The translations under genes and the position numbers were made by a program. Below the pieces are notes generated by a model. It searched no databases. It saw only the letters and a list, made by a program, of their open reading frames with translations, and was not told where the DNA came from. 64,000 nucleotides of DNA from positions 2,656,001 to 2,720,000 of the forward strand of contig CAVZSV010000004.1 of NCBI GenBank assembly GCA_963778115.1, given 5' to 3'. Numbering within the stretch: position 1 is the stretch's first letter; each line of letters starts with the position of its first letter. This stretch comes from an uncultured delta proteobacterium (GTDB lineage Bacteria; Bdellovibrionota; FAC87; UBA2466). Shown here one piece after another: positions 59,487 to 64,000 of the stretch.

Positions 59487-59936
59487 ATGAATCCAGAAAA
59501 AGAACAAGAACGTCCCTTTTTTCGCTCTTTCTCGCAGAAGATGGTTGGGCTTTGTTTACTCAGTCAAATCGCTTGTTCCGTCGTCTTTTGCCTTAGCCTC
59601 TACCATGTGTTTGCCTCGTGGCACCTTCATTCTTTATGCGCTCAAGAGTTAGCGCAATTGCGCGCTAACTTTGGAAATACCTCAACCCTCCCCGACGAGG
59701 AGGAGAATAGGCAACAATCCAAAGCTATTGTGATTCAGTTAACCAAGCTAAACATCGAAGTGGACCGCCAGAAGCAAGCGACGATTCAATATATGATTCC
59801 TACCATTCTTTCCGTCGTGAGCTGTTGGTTAGTCGGTTCGTTAACCGATAGCGCCGGAAACGACATTTGGGGACTCATTGTTCCATACCTCTCAAGCCTC
59901 GCCGGTATTTCCTTACCCAAGAAACGTAGCGTTTGA
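59487..59936 (+). CDS. Hypothetical membrane protein
   Basis: 149-aa ORF with hydrophobic helices. Confidence 0.5.
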   Translation: MNPEKEQERPFFRSFSQKMVGLCLLSQIACSVVFCLSLYHVFASWHLHSLCAQELAQLRANFGNTSTLPDEEENRQQSKAIVIQLTKLNIEVDRQKQATIQYMIPTILSVVSCWLVGSLTDSAGNDIWGLIVPYLSSLAGISLPKKRSV

Positions 59937-60056
59937 GTAGGGGCTCCTGCCCAATTTTGTCACGTCTTCCCGCTTCGTTCGCGCCTCGCACGCACTTCGA
60001 TACGATTAAGTATGCCGTCGATCAAATTCGCTTAGAAACTTCTCGGTTGAATCTTT

Positions 60057-60722
60057 CTAGGAACATAGACGATTGATGTCTTCGTTCTCGAGATAGGTTT
60101 TGGGCGCCCCCCGTTTCGCCACTTTGATCATGGCGCGTCCGACACTCTCGGTAGTGGTGACATGCTTAGGAATGATAGCCTTCCAAAGCGGATACAGGGG
60201 GCCTACCACGGCGTACGCGGCTCGGTATATTTTGGTTTTGGATTTGATGCCGTGCAGGGGCTGGATAAACCCTGGTCGAAAGAGGTAGACTGCCTTAAAG
60301 CAAAGGCTCTTGAGCGCATTTTCGGTCTTTCCTTTCACCCGGGCCCACATGCTGCGCCCTTTTTCCGTACTGTCGGTTCCCGATCCGGAAACATAAATGA
60401 AAGTCATTTGGGGCGATTGTTCGACCAGAGTTTCTGCCGCCGCTAATGTTATGTCGTAGGTGATGCGCGAATAGTCGGCTTCCTTCATTCCCGCCGAGGA
60501 GACGCCTAAACAAAAAAAGCAAGCGTCGCAATCCGCAAACTCTCTTTTGATCGAAGAAAAATCAAAGAAATCTTTGTGGACAATCTCTTTAAGCTTCGGA
60601 TTCTGCGGTTCGGAAGCTTTACGAACGATGGACAAAACGTTCTGGATTTCGGGGTCCTTGAGACACTCGCGCAATACTCCTTGCCCCACCATGCCTGTCG
60701 CTCCGAAAAGAATCACTTTCAT
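60057..60722 (-). CDS. NAD(P)-binding epimerase-like protein (YraR/TIP30-like)
   Basis: FGATGMVG, FCLG, WARVKG.TE, FRPG. Confidence 0.88.
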   Translation of the reverse strand: MKVILFGATGMVGQGVLRECLKDPEIQNVLSIVRKASEPQNPKLKEIVHKDFFDFSSIKREFADCDACFFCLGVSSAGMKEADYSRITYDITLAAAETLVEQSPQMTFIYVSGSGTDSTEKGRSMWARVKGKTENALKSLCFKAVYLFRPGFIQPLHGIKSKTKIYRAAYAVVGPLYPLWKAIIPKHVTTTESVGRAMIKVAKRGAPKTYLENEDINRLCS

Positions 60723-60808
60723 TGGTTTGCGCTCCCAGGCCTAAGTTACAAGATTCAACAGATATTGCAATTGAACCCTGAGCTTCTCTCGCACATAATA
60801 CGGGTGTC

Positions 60809-61963
60809 ATGGGAGGTCGGACTTTCAGTTATTGGGAGCTAGCGTGCGGTATTCCAACGCTTGCCAGGACCGAAGCCTTTGCCAAACCCGTAGCCGATTT
60901 GGATGTACTCATTGTTGGGGCGGGGTTTGCGGGCTCATGGCTCGCGTACTTTCTAAAGAAGAAAAAACCCAAACTAAATATTCTCATTGTTGAGCGAGAC
61001 GCTTTCAATTTAGGCGCGAGTGCTCGAAACGCAGGGTTCTTGTCTTGCGGAAATATTTCTGAATGGCTTGAGGATTCTAAAGAGTTTTCGTGGGAAGAGA
61101 CTATGGCTACCCTGCGCGCTCGCATAGACGGCATCAATATTATTAGAAATGAGTTTGGAAATTCGATGCCGTCGCACCGATGCGGCTCGATCGATGGTGA
61201 CCCGCTCACAGACGAGAAACGAGATCTCATTCAAAAATTCAATCGCGAGCTTAAAGAACAAGGTCACGATCCTATTTTTGAAGAAAACGAAGTCACGATT
61301 GGGGAAGCGACAAGGCTAGCCGCTTTCAATAATTTTGACGGCGAGGTCAATCCCTGTGAGCTGCTTTTAGCTCTCCATAACCAGTTAGCGGAAAACGGAG
61401 TCAAATTCTCCTTTGAGTGTCATGCAGATCAACTTCGAGATGGCGAAGCCCTGATGACACGCACTGGAAAGTCTTTTTCATTGAAATATCACTATGCTTT
61501 TGTCTGCACTAACGCTTTTACCCGACACTTGGCGCCAAAGACTGCGGTCATTCCCGTCAGGGGACAGATTTTGGTGACCTCCCCTTGTCAGACACCCACC
61601 ACGAAGAGTCTAGGGTTCTTTCGCTCAGGTTATGATTACTTTCGTTTTATCGGAGATCGAGTGCTGGTAGGAGGAGGCCGCCTCTCCTTTAAGGAACAGG
61701 AGAACACGGAAACTTTGGATGTTACCCCTCAGATTGAAGGTTACTTGAAGCAACTGGCCGAGAGGGTGACTGGCCACGCTAATTTTACCATCGACTACCA
61801 TTGGTCGGGAATCATGGGGCTCAGGAAAGGAAAGCATGCTTCCATCAGCGATTTAAATCAAAGGGTCAGCCTGGATGACAAGACCGAAGAGGTAGCCGGA
61901 TTTGGAGGTTGGGGCGTGACACTAACTCCCTACGTGATGAAAAGGCGGGCGGAACGATGGTAG
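60809..61963 (+). CDS. FAD-dependent oxidoreductase (DadA/PuuB family)
   Basis: IVGAGFAG, GASARNAG, PVRGQ, WSGIMG. Confidence 0.88.
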   Translation: MGGRTFSYWELACGIPTLARTEAFAKPVADLDVLIVGAGFAGSWLAYFLKKKKPKLNILIVERDAFNLGASARNAGFLSCGNISEWLEDSKEFSWEETMATLRARIDGINIIRNEFGNSMPSHRCGSIDGDPLTDEKRDLIQKFNRELKEQGHDPIFEENEVTIGEATRLAAFNNFDGEVNPCELLLALHNQLAENGVKFSFECHADQLRDGEALMTRTGKSFSLKYHYAFVCTNAFTRHLAPKTAVIPVRGQILVTSPCQTPTTKSLGFFRSGYDYFRFIGDRVLVGGGRLSFKEQENTETLDVTPQIEGYLKQLAERVTGHANFTIDYHWSGIMGLRKGKHASISDLNQRVSLDDKTEEVAGFGGWGVTLTPYVMKRRAERW

Positions 61964-62523
61964 ACCACCGATTCGTAGTCATTACGGGTGGACCTGGCGT
62001 GGGCAAAACAGCCCTAATTACCGAACTCTCTAAACGGCATTACCCTTGTATTGGGGAAGTTGCCCGCGAGATTATCAAAGAGCAACTGCAAGCCCAAGGT
62101 AACGCCTTGCCCTGGGGCGATAGAGAGGCCTACTGCGCTTTGATGCTAAAGCGTTCTTTGGAAGCCGAACAGAAAGCGCGGTCTAACGCTAAAGTTGGGC
62201 AAATCGTTTTCTTGGATCGGGGGATTCCCGACATTTTGGCATATACGCAACTGGTAGGGATAAGGCCTTCCAGATCGCTGACTCAAGCGATAGCGGATTA
62301 CCGATACAACGAAATAGTCTTTCTCCTACCTCCGTGGAAAGAGATCTACGTTACAGACGAAGAACGGAAACAAGATTTTGAGGAGGCCATTCGGACTGAC
62401 GAGTGGATGCGTAAGAGCTATCTTCAAAGCGGGTATCAGATCTGTGAGGTTCCTCGAATCTCTTCAGAAAGCCGCGCTGACTATGTGATAGCGCAATTGA
62501 GCAGGGGAAAAGAAAGAAAATGA
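61957..62523 (+). CDS. AAA_28 family P-loop ATPase/kinase
   Basis: ITGGPGVGKT, EVAR, DRGIPD, PPW.EIY..D.ER. Confidence 0.85.
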   Translation: MVDHRFVVITGGPGVGKTALITELSKRHYPCIGEVAREIIKEQLQAQGNALPWGDREAYCALMLKRSLEAEQKARSNAKVGQIVFLDRGIPDILAYTQLVGIRPSRSLTQAIADYRYNEIVFLLPPWKEIYVTDEERKQDFEEAIRTDEWMRKSYLQSGYQICEVPRISSESRADYVIAQLSRGKERK

Positions 62524-63059
62524 TAACCATTTCCAAAGCCACTTTGGAAGATCTTGCCCTGTTGACCGACATTGGCAGGCGATCGGTAATTCAATCTCAC
62601 GGGCATAGTGCGTCCGCTCAGGACTTCGATACTTACTTGGCCAATAAATTCACTTTGGAAGCGATTCGCGAAGAGCTGAGCGAGCCTGAAAATCTATTTC
62701 ATCTCATTTACTACAAAGGAAAAGCCGCTGGCTATTCGAAGATTATATTCAATTCTCCCAATCCTCACATCGAATTTAGCGATGTTACCAAACTCGAAAG
62801 GCTCTATCTCCTTGAAGAGTTCTATGGCCTAAAATTGGGATGGCATCTGTTCGAGCATAATATCCAGCTCGCTAAGGCGGCTAGGCAGTCAGGCATTTGG
62901 CTCAATGTCTGGAAGAAAAATGACAGGGCGGTCGCCTTCTACACCAAAGCTGGCTTTGAAGTTGTTGGCCATGCTCTTTTTAAGATCTCTGAAAAGCATT
63001 CCAACCCCAACTTCGTCATGTGGAAAAAGCTGTCCGCGACGACGTTGCGAACTTACTGA
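62520..63059 (+). CDS. GNAT acetyltransferase (PaiA-like)
   Basis: LERLYL...YG.KLG, WLNVW..N.RA..FY.K.GF. Confidence 0.88.
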   Translation: MITISKATLEDLALLTDIGRRSVIQSHGHSASAQDFDTYLANKFTLEAIREELSEPENLFHLIYYKGKAAGYSKIIFNSPNPHIEFSDVTKLERLYLLEEFYGLKLGWHLFEHNIQLAKAARQSGIWLNVWKKNDRAVAFYTKAGFEVVGHALFKISEKHSNPNFVMWKKLSATTLRTY

Positions 63060-63126
63060 TCTCTGTTGCTAAAAGAGAACTCTGTAAATTGAATCCGTCT
63101 CTTGTGCGCTGGGCCAGGTCTATGAG

Positions 63127-64000
63127 ATGACTAAAGTCATGGGCGGAACGGCACTTATAGTCAGAGGGTTATCCAAGAAATTTTCGCGAGAGGGTGCCAA
63201 TGCGGTCTGTGATCTTAATTTCGAAATTAAGACGGGAGAGTCTGTTGCTTTCTTGGGTCCCAATGGCGCCGGGAAAAGTACTACCATAAAGATGCTGTGC
63301 GGCATTTTAAGCCCTTCGTCGGGAGAGGCTTTAGTAGACGGTCATCCAGCGGGAAGCCATCAAGCGAATCGTGTATTGGGGCTGGTATTTGGAACTCGAA
63401 GCCAGCTCTATCTTCATATGACGGTGGCCCAATGCTTAGATTTAGTGGCTGAGATCTATTATGTGACCGGCTCTGAGAAGCAAGCTCGTATTCGAGAACT
63501 TACCGCACTCTTTCATATTGAAGACCTGCTTTCCGCTAGGGTAAGAACTCTCTCTCTGGGCCAAAGAATGAGATGCGAAGTCATCGCGGCGTTGGTTCAT
63601 CGTCCGAGGATCTTACTCGCTGACGAACCCACGATCGGACTTGATATTGTAGCCAAGAACCAACTTCGAGAACTGATCTTGCGATGGCAACGGGTCGAAC
63701 AAACCACCTTGATGCTGACGAGCCATGACCTCTCCGATGTGGAAGCCTTATGCAGTCGCTGTATCTTGATCGACAAAGGAACTAAGCGTTTCGATGGGCC
63801 CATCGCTTCGCTGAAAGGAGATCTATCTTCTTTGCGAAGAGTTCAAGTCACCACCTCGAATACGGAAAGAGGCATTCTATCCTCTCGTACGGATCTTCAG
63901 GTACTCGAATGTGACGAATATGTTCATCGCTACGAACTATCGACAAAGCGGCTTCTCATGGCAGAAGGGCTTTCTCTTTTGTCCGCTCACTATGGAGATT
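63127..64000 (+). CDS. ABC-2 type transporter ATP-binding protein, partial (runs off the window)
   Basis: Manual translation: GPNGAGKST, LSLGQRMRCE, ADEPTIGLD, TSH. Confidence 0.9.
   Translation, partial: MTKVMGGTALIVRGLSKKFSREGANAVCDLNFEIKTGESVAFLGPNGAGKSTTIKMLCGILSPSSGEALVDGHPAGSHQANRVLGLVFGTRSQLYLHMTVAQCLDLVAEIYYVTGSEKQARIRELTALFHIEDLLSARVRTLSLGQRMRCEVIAALVHRPRILLADEPTIGLDIVAKNQLRELILRWQRVEQTTLMLTSHDLSDVEALCSRCILIDKGTKRFDGPIASLKGDLSSLRRVQVTTSNTERGILSSRTDLQVLECDEYVHRYELSTKRLLMAEGLSLLSAHYGD

Noticed and set aside
59941..60050. Possible MITE-like intergenic element
   Set aside because: Single copy in the window, with no terminal inverted repeats or target duplication identifiable.
1132..62572. 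Numerous other 60-190 aa ORFs overlapping assigned genes
   Set aside because: They lie antisense or out of frame to genes with clear family motifs and have no features of their own.
63120..63803. Two short minus-strand ORFs
   Set aside because: Antisense shadows of the plus-strand ABC ATPase that runs off the window.

Overview
This is a gene-dense bacterial chromosomal window of roughly 50% GC, judged by eye. Its many secreted orphan proteins and sigma54 promoters suggest a Bdellovibrionota/deltaproteobacterium-like host (inference). From left to right: (i) an accessory region with two 44-bp copies of the 3' half of a tRNA-Arg(UCU) gene, each surrounded by integrase-arm-like repeats, bracketing a 5.5-kb integrase-less cargo segment (TetR, three orphans, higBA); (ii) TetR/SDR and ArsR/SRPBCC modules, gene remnants, an FAD-binding gene frameshifted at a G9 tract, and a sigma54-driven operon of three microproteins missed by the ORF track; (iii) a cobalamin riboswitch upstream of class Ia nrdAB; (iv) secreted orphans, including candidate YopT-like protease and ADP-ribosyltransferase folds; (v) a 12-kb stress/low-oxygen-type cluster (aeRF1-like protein, CBS, LOG, PAS kinases, beta-CASP RNase, sigma54 activator, LdhA, USP, cytochrome c) with several -24/-12 promoters sharing an upstream palindrome; (vi) an acyltransferase-3 gene bracketed by two inverted 29-bp palindromes and a collagen-like/SH3 gene pair. 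I found no intact tRNA, rRNA, CRISPR array, integrase or transposase. All protein calls come from motif recognition by eye, not from database searches.
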